Source of the DNA: a virus
Taxonomy: Duplodnaviria; Heunggongvirae; Uroviricota; Caudoviricetes
IMG/VR virus record: IMGVR_UViG_2703718812_000001
Length of the DNA: 5,917 nucleotides
Reading direction: 5' to 3' (one strand)
The position numbers and the translations under genes are program-made. The notes below the pieces were generated by a model, which saw nothing but the letters and a program-made list of their open reading frames with translations, was not told where the DNA came from and ran no database searches. This document shows positions 1 through 5,917 of the stretch, in pieces. How positions within the stretch are numbered: position 1 is the stretch's first letter; each line of letters opens with the position of its first letter.

Positions 1-108
1 CCGGAATACAACCGCATCGCCACCTACCAGTCCATCAATGACGCTTATGTCGTTGAAGACTATGGCAAGTGCGCGATGGTCACTGGCCTGAAGTTCGCCG
101 ACAGCTAA
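1..108 (+). CDS. N: Major capsid protein, C-terminal fragment (P2 gpN-like); 5' end lies outside the window
   Basis: Frame 1 is open from base 1 to TAA at 106-108 and translates to PEYNRIATYQSINDAYVVEDYGKCAMVTGLKFADS. It sits immediately upstream of the terminase small subunit gene, as N does in P2. The assignment rests on synteny and recalled similarity over only 35 aa. Confidence 0.55.
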   Translation, partial: PEYNRIATYQSINDAYVVEDYGKCAMVTGLKFADS

Positions 109-117
109 TCAACTCAC

Positions 118-136
118 GGCGGGCATCATGCCCGCC
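118..136 (+). other. GC-rich stem-loop in the N-M spacer (8-bp stem GGCGGGCA/TGCCCGCC, 3-nt loop)
   Basis: Perfect inverted repeat ggcgggca-tca-tgcccgcc read directly from the sequence, between the capsid stop (108) and the M start (154). No T-tract follows, so it is not a canonical intrinsic terminator. Confidence 0.3.
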
Positions 137-153
137 TGTAACGGAGAGAAAAA

Positions 154-954
154 ATGATTACTCCTGCACAGCAACACTGGCAGAACGTGATGGCACAGCG
201 CGCAGGCCGGGCGAATGAAGGCGTGGACCACGCCGCGCGTACCGCGCATGAAGAGGTGCTGTATCGTCTGCGTCTGGCACAGGCCCGGCTTAAAGGCGTA
301 CAGGCCAGAAGCGCGAAAGCCGCCATCAAAAAAGAGTTGTTGCCGGACTTTTCCGGCTGGATTGAGGGAACGCTGGAGGCTGACGGCGGGCAGCAGGATG
401 AAGTGATTGCCACGCTGATGGTGTGGGCGATTGACTGCGGCGATCTTCCGCTTGCGCTGCGTATTGGTGCGTATGTGGTCCGTCACAACCTCATCATGCC
501 GGATAACTTTGGCCGTACTGCTGCCACGGTACTGACCGAAGAAATCTGTAACCCGGTATTGACGCAGGCCGGGACGGATGCCGACGCGGATTTGTCCACC
601 TTTATCGAACCACTGGACACACTTTGGGAAATTGTCGCCAACCAGGATATGCCGGACGAAGTGCGAGCCAAATTATGCAAGGCGTGCGCCTTTGCCCGTC
701 GTGGTCTGACCGATGCAGACAACATGGCCTTATCACTGAAGCTGCTGCGCGAAGCGATGCACCTGAACCCGAACGCAGGTGTGAAACGCGAGATTGCAAC
801 CCTTTCCCGCGCCCTGAAAAAAGCCGATTCCGCAGCCGAACCAGAAGACGCCAGCGCACCGCAGGCGCAGGACGAAAGCAGCAAAAGTAAAAAGACAACG
901 CGGAAGCCTGCAACACGAAAAACCACCGCGACGCAGAAGGCGAAGCGCGGTTAA
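154..954 (+). CDS. M: Terminase small (endonuclease) subunit, P2 gpM-like
   Basis: 266-aa ORF with ATG at 154 preceded by GGAGAG (144-149). The N-terminus MITPAQQHW and internal motifs (MPDEVRAKL, GVKREI) resemble P2 gpM as I recall it. The C-terminus is a lysine/arginine/threonine-rich basic tail. Position after N matches P2. Confidence 0.85.
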   Translation: MITPAQQHWQNVMAQRAGRANEGVDHAARTAHEEVLYRLRLAQARLKGVQARSAKAAIKKELLPDFSGWIEGTLEADGGQQDEVIATLMVWAIDCGDLPLALRIGAYVVRHNLIMPDNFGRTAATVLTEEICNPVLTQAGTDADADLSTFIEPLDTLWEIVANQDMPDEVRAKLCKACAFARRGLTDADNMALSLKLLREAMHLNPNAGVKREIATLSRALKKADSAAEPEDASAPQAQDESSKSKKTTRKPATRKTTATQKAKRG

Positions 955-970
955 CGACTGACCCCGTCAG

Positions 971-1041
971 CGGGCGGCGTGCGCGGTGTTCCGGTTTGAC
1001 TCCGTGACCGTTTACACCGCGCACCCACCGCCCGATTTTTT
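971..1041 (+). terminator. Putative attenuator or intrinsic-terminator-like nested hairpin with T-tract in the M-L spacer
   Basis: Outer stem CGGGCGG (971-977) pairs with CCGCCCG (1028-1034). Inner stem GCGCGGTGT (981-989) pairs with ACACCGCGC (1014-1022). A run of six T (1036-1041) follows, then the L ribosome-binding site AGGAG (1043-1047). Read directly from the sequence; function is inferred. Confidence 0.3.
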
Positions 1042-1055
1042 CAGGAGTGAACCCC

Positions 1056-1550
1056 ATGAGTATGGTTGCCAGAACCAACCCCGGACCCGCAGAGGACGAC
1101 ATCACCGATACCGATGATGGTGATACCCGTATTTCAGCGGGTGCATTCTGGCCGGATATTGTGCTGCGTGAGCTGCGTCTGGCGGTACGACTGCCGGGGC
1201 GCGTGACCACCTCCCGCCTGCTGCATACCGCCACCGGGGCCGTGGCACACGTTACCCGCGAGCTGGAAGCGTGGCAGCAGGAACAGCAGGCGGCTGGCCA
1301 TCAGACGCTGGCCGATGTTCCGGCCCCCGTAATTAACGGAGAAAGCGTCAATCTCTGGCACTGGCGCAATGCTGTTTATACCGCCACACGCGCCCTGATT
1401 CTGGAGCGTTACCGCGATGCGGACACAACGGATAAGGGCGACCGCCGGGCGGACGCACTGGATATACAGACATCGGATTTGTGGCGCGATGTGAGCTGGG
1501 CCATCTCTGACATTCTGCGCCGCCCGCGAATCTTTGCGGAGCTGTGCTGA
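1056..1550 (+). CDS. L: Head completion/stabilization protein, P2 gpL-like
   Basis: The track ORF 1047..1550 begins at a GTG. The more likely start is ATG 1056, 8 nt after AGGAG (1043-1047). The translation contains LADVPAP, NGESV and ERYRDAD with a C-terminal WRD segment, resembling P2 gpL. Position after M matches P2. Confidence 0.85.
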   Translation: MSMVARTNPGPAEDDITDTDDGDTRISAGAFWPDIVLRELRLAVRLPGRVTTSRLLHTATGAVAHVTRELEAWQQEQQAAGHQTLADVPAPVINGESVNLWHWRNAVYTATRALILERYRDADTTDKGDRRADALDIQTSDLWRDVSWAISDILRRPRIFAELC

Positions 1551-1750
1551 TGAAAGTGAAGGCACTGGAAGGCGACACCGTGGATTCGCTCTGTTTCCGG
1601 TACTACGGCACGACGCAGGGCGTCACCGAAAAGGTGCTGGATGCCAACCCCGGACTCTGTCAGCAGGTATTTCTGGACGCCGGGCAGGACGTGGAGATGC
1701 CGGAGCCGGAGAAGAAGAAACGAGAAATGATTCAGTTGTGGGGGGAGTAG
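1550..1750 (+). CDS. X: Tail protein X (LysM-like), P2 gpX-like
   Basis: Small ORF; MKVKALEGDTVDSLCFRYYGTTQGVTEKVLDANPGL resembles P2 gpX (recalled as MKTFALQGDTLDAICVRYYG...). ATG 1550 overlaps the L stop codon (TGATG). The track's GTG start at 1544 is 2 codons upstream in the same frame. Confidence 0.85.
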   Translation: MKVKALEGDTVDSLCFRYYGTTQGVTEKVLDANPGLCQQVFLDAGQDVEMPEPEKKKREMIQLWGE

Positions 1751-1752
1751 CA

Positions 1753-2076
1753 GTGAGCACCATTCAAACAGGGATCACAGAGCAGGTTATTGCGTGGCTC
1801 TTTGACCACCTGCCAACGGTGTATGCAGTAGGCGCGGCGGTCAGCATTTCCGCGCTGATGAGTCTTTATGACGGACGAACACTGGTTCAGACCGTAACGG
1901 GATCGCTGGCGTGCGGCGTTCTTGCCATGGCCGTGGCCGGGTCGTTGCGCTTCTTCGGGTTTCCTGAAGATGCCGTGACGTTTATCGGCGCATCAATCGG
2001 TTTTATGGGCGCAGAGAAAGCACGCGACAAGGTTATTGCGGCCTTTAATCGCAGGGTGAAGGAGAAGGACGAATGA
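1753..2076 (+). CDS. Holin, class I (three predicted transmembrane segments), lambda-S-like rather than P2 gpY-like
   Basis: GTG 1753 lies 6 nt after GGGGGAG (1740-1746) and directly after the X stop (1748-1750). The 107-aa product has three hydrophobic segments (PTVYAVGAAVSISALMSLY, TVTGSLACGVLAMAVAGSL, AVTFIGASIGFMGA) and a charged C-terminal tail (EKARDKVIAAFNRRVKEKDE). It sits immediately upstream of the endolysin. The part of track ORF 1534..2076 upstream of 1753 overlaps L and X and is probably not translated. Confidence 0.75.
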   Translation: MSTIQTGITEQVIAWLFDHLPTVYAVGAAVSISALMSLYDGRTLVQTVTGSLACGVLAMAVAGSLRFFGFPEDAVTFIGASIGFMGAEKARDKVIAAFNRRVKEKDE

Positions 2077-2465
2077 GCAACACATTTAAATTCAGCAGCC
2101 GGAGCGAAAAGAATTTGCAGGGCGTAAATCCTGATCTGGTGAAAGTGACCCGACGGGCACTGGAAATCTCGGAAGTGGATTTTGGTATCACCGAAGGGGT
2201 GCGCAGCCGTTACCGCCAGAAGCAACTTGTGGCCACGGGTAAGAGCCAGACCATGAACAGCCGCCACCTTACGGGGCATGCCGTGGATGTTGTGGCTTAT
2301 GTCGGCAGCCAGGTGTCATGGGAATGGCCGCAGTACGAAAAAATCGCAGCAGCATTCAGACAGGCCAGCCGGGAACTGAATATTCCGGTGGAATGGGGCG
2401 GAGACTGGAAGACCCTGAAAGACGGACCGCATTTTCAGTTACCACACGGAGCCTATCCGGCATGA
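2073..2465 (+). CDS. Endolysin, peptidase M15 family zinc metallopeptidase (L-alanyl-D-glutamate peptidase-like)
   Basis: 130-aa ORF whose ATG overlaps the holin stop (ATGA). It carries the M15 zinc-ligand pattern: His65-x6-Asp72 in SRHLTGHAVDV (His codon cac at 2265-2267) plus a downstream His in DGPHFQLPHG. The hydrophilic N-terminus gives no sign of a signal-anchor. Size and motif spacing resemble the phage T5-type endolysin. Confidence 0.8.
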   Translation: MSNTFKFSSRSEKNLQGVNPDLVKVTRRALEISEVDFGITEGVRSRYRQKQLVATGKSQTMNSRHLTGHAVDVVAYVGSQVSWEWPQYEKIAAAFRQASRELNIPVEWGGDWKTLKDGPHFQLPHGAYPA

Positions 2466-2869
2466 AGCTCTGGCCCACGCTGGGTGTCGCTTTCCTTCTG
2501 ATTGCCGCATGGGGAACATCCATGCGTCTGTCATGGTCGCTGGGCCGGGAGAACGCCAGAAACGAAGCGCAGGCCAGCGCCCTGAAAAGTACCGTCGACA
2601 CCCTGAATATCATCAGCGCCGGGGTACAGGATATGCAGCAGGTGCTGGCGCAACTCCGCGTGGAAAATCAACAGCGAAATCAGGACGGAGAGGCCAGACG
2701 TGAACAGCTACGCAACGATATTGCAAAAGATGAATGCGCCCACGCTTTGCCTGACGCTCGTTTTACTGACAGGTTGCGCAGGCACGCAGAACGCGCCACG
2801 GCCAGCGCCGTCAGTCCGGCTTATACCGCAGACGCTGACCATACCGGTAACGCCTCCCCCATTCCCTGA
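2462..2869 (+). CDS. lysB: i-spanin (Rz / P2 LysB-like inner-membrane spanin)
   Basis: ATG 2462 overlaps the endolysin stop (ATGA), with GGAG about 9 nt upstream. The N-terminal segment MKLWPTLGVAFLLIAAWGTS is a predicted transmembrane anchor, followed by a charged, Q/E/R-rich, probably coiled-coil periplasmic domain. It lies downstream of the endolysin and contains the embedded o-spanin start. The track ORF starts at 2318, inside the endolysin, which is unlikely. Confidence 0.7.
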   Translation: MKLWPTLGVAFLLIAAWGTSMRLSWSLGRENARNEAQASALKSTVDTLNIISAGVQDMQQVLAQLRVENQQRNQDGEARREQLRNDIAKDECAHALPDARFTDRLRRHAERATASAVSPAYTADADHTGNASPIP

Positions 2870-3020
2870 CACTCCCACATGGGGAAATCTCGGTATATGG
2901 GGCGACCGCCTTCTGGATGCACTGGAAACCTGTAACGCGGATAAACGGGCCATTGAATTACTGGAACAGCGCAGGCTGCAAAGACTGAACAACGAGGACA
3001 ACAACCATGCTGAAAACTGA
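2700..3020 (+). CDS. lysC: o-spanin (Rz1 / P2 LysC-like outer-membrane lipoprotein), overlapping and extending beyond the i-spanin in another frame
   Basis: Lipoprotein signal with lipobox LLTGC (LCLTLVLLTGCAG), then a proline-rich segment (PRPAPSVRLIPQTLTIPVTPPPFPDTPTW) and a cysteine near the C-terminus. GTG 2700 follows GGAGAGG (2687-2693) by 6 nt. ATG 2730 (MNAPTL...) is an alternative start. The overlapped arrangement matches P2 lysB/lysC. Confidence 0.65.
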   Translation: MNSYATILQKMNAPTLCLTLVLLTGCAGTQNAPRPAPSVRLIPQTLTIPVTPPPFPDTPTWGNLGIWGDRLLDALETCNADKRAIELLEQRRLQRLNNEDNNHAEN

Positions 3021-3474
3021 TTCCCTGCGTGAAGCCATGACCCGTTCATGCCGATGGTGTCAGGCTAACCCGGAAAAATTCACCATTTTCGTGGAGAGCG
3101 GCAACATTGAAACGACAGGAGAAACCCCATCGTTTGTTTACCGCTATCAGATGGTGATGTTTGTCATGGATTACGCCGGGGAGCTGGACGACCTCACGCT
3201 GCCGCTGCTGGCGTGGTTATCAGAAAATCAGCCACAGTTGTTGCTCAATCCGGAGCGTAATCAGGACATCAAATTCTCCGCCGTTATCAATGACGATGAC
3301 AGCGCCGATCTCCTGTTTACGCTCCCCCTGCGGGAACGCGTTCGCATTACGCGCAACAGTCAGGGGACACCGCAGGCAGAACACCTGCCGGAGCCAAAAC
3401 CCCGTCTGCCCTCTTCCGAAGGCGACTGGTCGCATGTATTCCAGGATGTGACGTGGGGTGAAAGCGATGGATAA
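3007..3474 (+). CDS. R: Tail completion protein R (P2 gpR-like)
   Basis: 155-aa ORF. MLKTDSLREAM, ANPEKFTIFVESGNI and LPLLAWLSENQPQLL resemble P2 gpR (recalled as MLKPDSLRRAL..., LAWLRENQP...). The start overlaps the o-spanin 3' end by 14 nt. Order after the lysis genes matches P2. Confidence 0.8.
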   Translation: MLKTDSLREAMTRSCRWCQANPEKFTIFVESGNIETTGETPSFVYRYQMVMFVMDYAGELDDLTLPLLAWLSENQPQLLLNPERNQDIKFSAVINDDDSADLLFTLPLRERVRITRNSQGTPQAEHLPEPKPRLPSSEGDWSHVFQDVTWGESDG

Positions 3475-4102
3475 GGCATTCACCCGCGTGGATGAAACCT
3501 TTGAGGCCATCCGCGACAGCCTGAATCAGCAGGCCATCAATAACATCGCCAGAAAGCTGGCACAGGATTTACGCCGCGCCCAGCAGGCGCGCATCCGGTC
3601 ACAGAAAGCGCCGGACGGGACCGCATGGACACCACGCAGACGCCGCGTAACCCGGATACAGGAGCGCATTCGCTTTATCTGGAATAACGAAGCACGCACG
3701 CTGAAAAACTGGCATCACGACACGGGGAAATACGGGCGAACCATTACCGGGTGGGATGAGGATAAAAACAATATCCGCACGTTTTACCGGGATGACATCG
3801 ACCGTTTTCTGGAAATACGCACCCGGCGCATCAACCAGGACAGCACAAAGCGCGTCCCCATGTTTGTAAAACTGCGCACCGCCCGCTACCTGAAAGCCCG
3901 TGCAGATACTTCCGGTGTGACGGTGGGTTACAGCGGCGTGGCCGCACGTATTGCACGCGTTCATCAGTTCGGTGAGCGCGATCAGGTTGCGCCGGGCATT
4001 TTCACCGATTACCCGGTACGTGAGCTGTTGGGCATCAGTCAGGCAGATGAGCGCCTGATTTATAACTCTGTGCTGGGCCGGATTGCGGAGGCTGTACGGT
4101 GA
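3467..4102 (+). CDS. S: Virion morphogenesis / tail completion protein S (P2 gpS-like), apparently enlarged
   Basis: The ORF contains the family-like segments APDGTAWTPRRRR and ARIARVHQFGERDQV, and the C-terminal RELLGISQADERLI. The start is ATG 3467 (211 aa) or GTG 3458 (214 aa, as in the track), both overlapping the end of R. The product is longer than the roughly 150 aa I recall for P2 gpS. Confidence 0.7.
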   Translation: MDKAFTRVDETFEAIRDSLNQQAINNIARKLAQDLRRAQQARIRSQKAPDGTAWTPRRRRVTRIQERIRFIWNNEARTLKNWHHDTGKYGRTITGWDEDKNNIRTFYRDDIDRFLEIRTRRINQDSTKRVPMFVKLRTARYLKARADTSGVTVGYSGVAARIARVHQFGERDQVAPGIFTDYPVRELLGISQADERLIYNSVLGRIAEAVR

Positions 4103-4680
4103 GCGCAGAACTCATGCGACTGCTGAGCAATATCATCCGCACCGGGATCATCTCTGAAGTTGATGAGGAATCCTGGTGCGTGCGCGTTCGCAGCGGCGAA
4201 CTGGAAACAGGCTGGCTGCGCTGGAACACCACGCGCGCGGGTGCCTTCAATGTGTGGCTGCCGCCATCACCCGGCGAACAGGTGGTAATTGCCTGCATCG
4301 GCGGCAACCCGGAAACCGCCATGATAATTGGCAGTCTGTGGAGTGATGCCATTCCGGCACCCGGCAAAAGCCTGAAAGAAATCGTGGTCAGCGCGCCGGA
4401 TGGCGCGGTGTTCCGCTACGACGCGGACGCAGGCGCACTGAGCGCCAGCGGCATGAAAACGGCCACCCTGCAGGCATCCGTCAGCGTGACACTGGACACG
4501 CCTGTCGTGGAATGCACAGACCTTCTGAGAACAGCGACGCTTGACGTCACAAAAGGGGGAAAGATGAGCGGCAATATCACGCACAGCGGCGGCGACTTCA
4601 CCTCAAACGGCATCACAGTGCATACGCATAAACACGGTGGCGTTAAAGGTGGCAGCGATTCGACAGGAGGCCCGCAGTGA
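4099..4680 (+). CDS. V: Baseplate assembly protein V (baseplate spike, P2 gpV-like)
   Basis: GTG 4099 overlaps the S stop (GTGA), with GGAGG at 4087-4091. LSNIIRTGII, GEQVVIACIGGNPETAMIIGSLWSD and the C-terminal HTHKHGG resemble P2 gpV (recalled as LRNMIRTGII..., LHTHKHPG...). Confidence 0.85.
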   Translation: MSAELMRLLSNIIRTGIISEVDEESWCVRVRSGELETGWLRWNTTRAGAFNVWLPPSPGEQVVIACIGGNPETAMIIGSLWSDAIPAPGKSLKEIVVSAPDGAVFRYDADAGALSASGMKTATLQASVSVTLDTPVVECTDLLRTATLDVTKGGKMSGNITHSGGDFTSNGITVHTHKHGGVKGGSDSTGGPQ

Positions 4681-5027
4681 CAACCCGCTACACAGGAATG
4701 AACCCGGACGGGACGGGAAACCTGAACGATATGGAGCACCTGAAACAGTCAGTCAGGGACATCCTGACCACCCCGCTGGCAAGCCGGGTTATGCGACGGG
4801 AATATGGCAGCCTTGTGCCTGATTTGATTGACGAACCCATGAATAACACCACGCGTCTGCAATGCATGAGTGCTGCCGTGATTGCGCTGACACGATGGGA
4901 ACCCCGCATTGCCCTGAATGCCATCGACGTTGTCTGGAAAGCGGGAGGCCGCGCAGGGGTGACGCTGTCGGGCACTGTCATGCAGACCATGCAGAATGTT
5001 GAGTTAACCATCACGCTGAGGGAGTAA
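4677..5027 (+). CDS. W: Baseplate assembly protein W (GPW/gp25 family, P2 gpW-like)
   Basis: GTG 4677 overlaps the V stop (GTGA), with AGGAGG at 4664-4669. MTTRYTGMN, VRDILTTPLASRVMRREYGSLVPDLIDEP and TRWEPRIAL resemble P2 gpW (recalled as MTARYLGMN..., RVMRRDYGSL...). Confidence 0.85.
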   Translation: MTTRYTGMNPDGTGNLNDMEHLKQSVRDILTTPLASRVMRREYGSLVPDLIDEPMNNTTRLQCMSAAVIALTRWEPRIALNAIDVVWKAGGRAGVTLSGTVMQTMQNVELTITLRE

Positions 5028-5030
5028 ATC

Positions 5031-5917
5031 ATGCCCGCTGTTGACCTTTCCCAGTTACCGGAACCCGCCATCATCGCGGAGCCTGACTTTGAAGCAATTC
5101 TGGCTGACACAAAGGCCATGATGATTGCGTCCTATCCTGCCGAACAGCGTGAAGCCGTCTCCGCCGCGCTGGAGCTGGAATCGGAACCCCTTAACGTTAT
5201 CGCTCAAACCATGTCGTTTCGTGAAATGCTGTTACGCCAGCGGGTTAACGAGGGCGCACGCGCCTGCATGTTAAGCCACGGTTCAGGGACAAACCTGGAC
5301 AACCTCGCGGGCAATATGAACACAAAGCGCCTGGTTATCACTCCGGCAACGGATACCACCGACGCAGTGATGGAAAGTGACACCTCGCTGAGACTACGGG
5401 CGCAACGGGCATATGACGGTCTGAGTGTTGCTGGCCCGTCAGGTGCATACGAGTATTTTGCACGCAGCGCCAGCGGTCTGGTACGCGATGCGCGGGCCAT
5501 CAGCCCGTCTCCGGCCAACGTGACGGTTTCCATCCTGTCCACTGAGGGCGACGGCACAGCAACGGAGGCGTTGCTTAATACCGTTCGCGCTGTTCTGAAT
5601 GCAGAGGATACCCGCCCGGTGGCCGACCGCCTTACTGTACAGAGCGCCAGAATCGTGACATGGCGGCTGAATGCAAAACTGTACTTTTACCCCGGCCCGG
5701 AATCCGAACCTATTCTGGCCGCGGCGGAATCGTCGTTCAGGAAGTGGCTGTCTGAGCAGGGGCTTATCGGTCAGGACGTGGCGTTGTCAGCCATTGCTGC
5801 CGCACTGCATGTGCACGGTGTGCAACGCGTGGAGATAATCGAACCCACACAGAATATGGCCATCAGCGACATACAGGCGGCGCGCTGTGAGTCATTCACC
5901 ATCAGCGAAGGTGGGCG
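5031..5917 (+). CDS. J: Baseplate assembly protein J (P2 gpJ-like), N-terminal part; 3' end lies outside the window
   Basis: ATG 5031 lies 3 nt after the W stop and the frame stays open to the window end. MPAVDLSQLPEP, ELESEPL, RQRVNEGARA, DGLSVAGPSGAYEYFARSA, EDTRPVADRLTVQSA and LHVHGVQRVEI resemble P2 gpJ. This ORF is absent from the supplied track because it has no stop within the window. Confidence 0.85.
   Translation, partial: MPAVDLSQLPEPAIIAEPDFEAILADTKAMMIASYPAEQREAVSAALELESEPLNVIAQTMSFREMLLRQRVNEGARACMLSHGSGTNLDNLAGNMNTKRLVITPATDTTDAVMESDTSLRLRAQRAYDGLSVAGPSGAYEYFARSASGLVRDARAISPSPANVTVSILSTEGDGTATEALLNTVRAVLNAEDTRPVADRLTVQSARIVTWRLNAKLYFYPGPESEPILAAAESSFRKWLSEQGLIGQDVALSAIAAALHVHGVQRVEIIEPTQNMAISDIQAARCESFTISEGG

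Noticed and set aside
996-1024. Possible sigma-70 promoter in the M-L spacer (TTGACT at 996-1001)
   Set aside because: There is no acceptable -10 hexamer at 16-18 bp spacing, since the downstream sequence is GC-rich (GCGCAC). The hexamer sits inside the hairpin loop and is more simply explained as part of that structure.
1534-1752. N-terminal extension of the holin frame (track ORF 1534..2076), and a possible holin/antiholin dual start at GTG 1738 and GTG 1753
   Set aside because: The extension overlaps the ends of L and X and its translation is arginine/glycine-rich junk. The only ribosome-binding site (GGGGGAG at 1740-1746) serves GTG 1753. A start at 1738 would add five uncharged residues (VGGVA), which does not resemble the lambda S107/S105 charged dual-start motif.
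2318-2461. Upstream extension of the i-spanin ORF (track 2318..2869)
   Set aside because: It is embedded in the endolysin coding region in another frame. The transmembrane anchor begins right after ATG 2462, which overlaps the endolysin stop and has its own ribosome-binding site.
2509-2703. Nested plus-strand ORFs in alternative frames (215..406, 624..890, 2509..2703, 3161..3451, 4637..4822)
   Set aside because: These are short ORFs within confirmed genes and encode arginine/proline/glycine-rich low-complexity peptides without ribosome-binding sites. Only the 2700..3020 frame has real features (lipobox, synteny) and it is reported as the o-spanin.
3916-3932. Search for a P2 Ogr-type late promoter (TGT-N12-ACA) upstream of V, where P2 has its V promoter
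   Set aside because: S and V overlap with no spacer, and the only dyad found inside the 3' part of S is TGT-N11-ACA at 3916-3932, with the wrong spacing and no convincing -10 element downstream. I cannot support a promoter call from sequence alone.
109-5557. Minus-strand ORFs in the track (for example 109..486, 483..926, 602..1234, 1134..1565, 1887..2279, 2708..3049, 3599..3964, 4035..4367, 4416..4739, 4688..5119, 5204..5557)
   Set aside because: Each lies antisense to a well-supported plus-strand phage gene. Their translations are low-complexity and rich in R/A/S/P/C, as expected for open shadow frames in GC-rich DNA, and none has a recognisable motif or a convincing ribosome-binding site.
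1-5917. CRISPR arrays, tRNA or other RNA genes, insertion sequence ends, integrase or attachment sites, toxin-antitoxin or defence genes
   Set aside because: No direct repeat arrays, no tRNA-like cloverleaf candidates in the short spacers, no transposase or integrase-like ORFs, and no unassigned coding capacity. The window is fully accounted for by the phage late genes.

Overview
This window is a contiguous, same-strand block of the late (virion morphogenesis and lysis) operon of a P2-like (Peduovirus-type) prophage in a GC-rich enterobacterial background. In order on the + strand: the 3' end of the major capsid gene (N), terminase small/endonuclease subunit (M), head completion protein (L), tail protein X, a lysis cassette (holin, M15 zinc-peptidase endolysin, overlapping i-spanin/o-spanin pair like lysB/lysC), tail completion proteins R and S, baseplate spike V, baseplate W, and the 5' part of baseplate J. 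Identifications rest on recalled similarity of the translated ORFs to phage P2 proteins and on conserved P2 gene order; no search was run. All minus-strand ORFs in the six-frame track look like GC-rich shadow frames. I see no inserted moron, defence system, tRNA, CRISPR array or mobile element, so despite the prompt I cannot support a novel system here. The points worth a second look are: a lysis module that differs from P2 (lambda-S-like holin plus M15 peptidase, no lysA); an apparently enlarged S protein with a lower-GC internal segment; a nested hairpin plus T-tract in the M-L spacer; a GC hairpin in the N-M spacer; and extensive start/stop overlaps.
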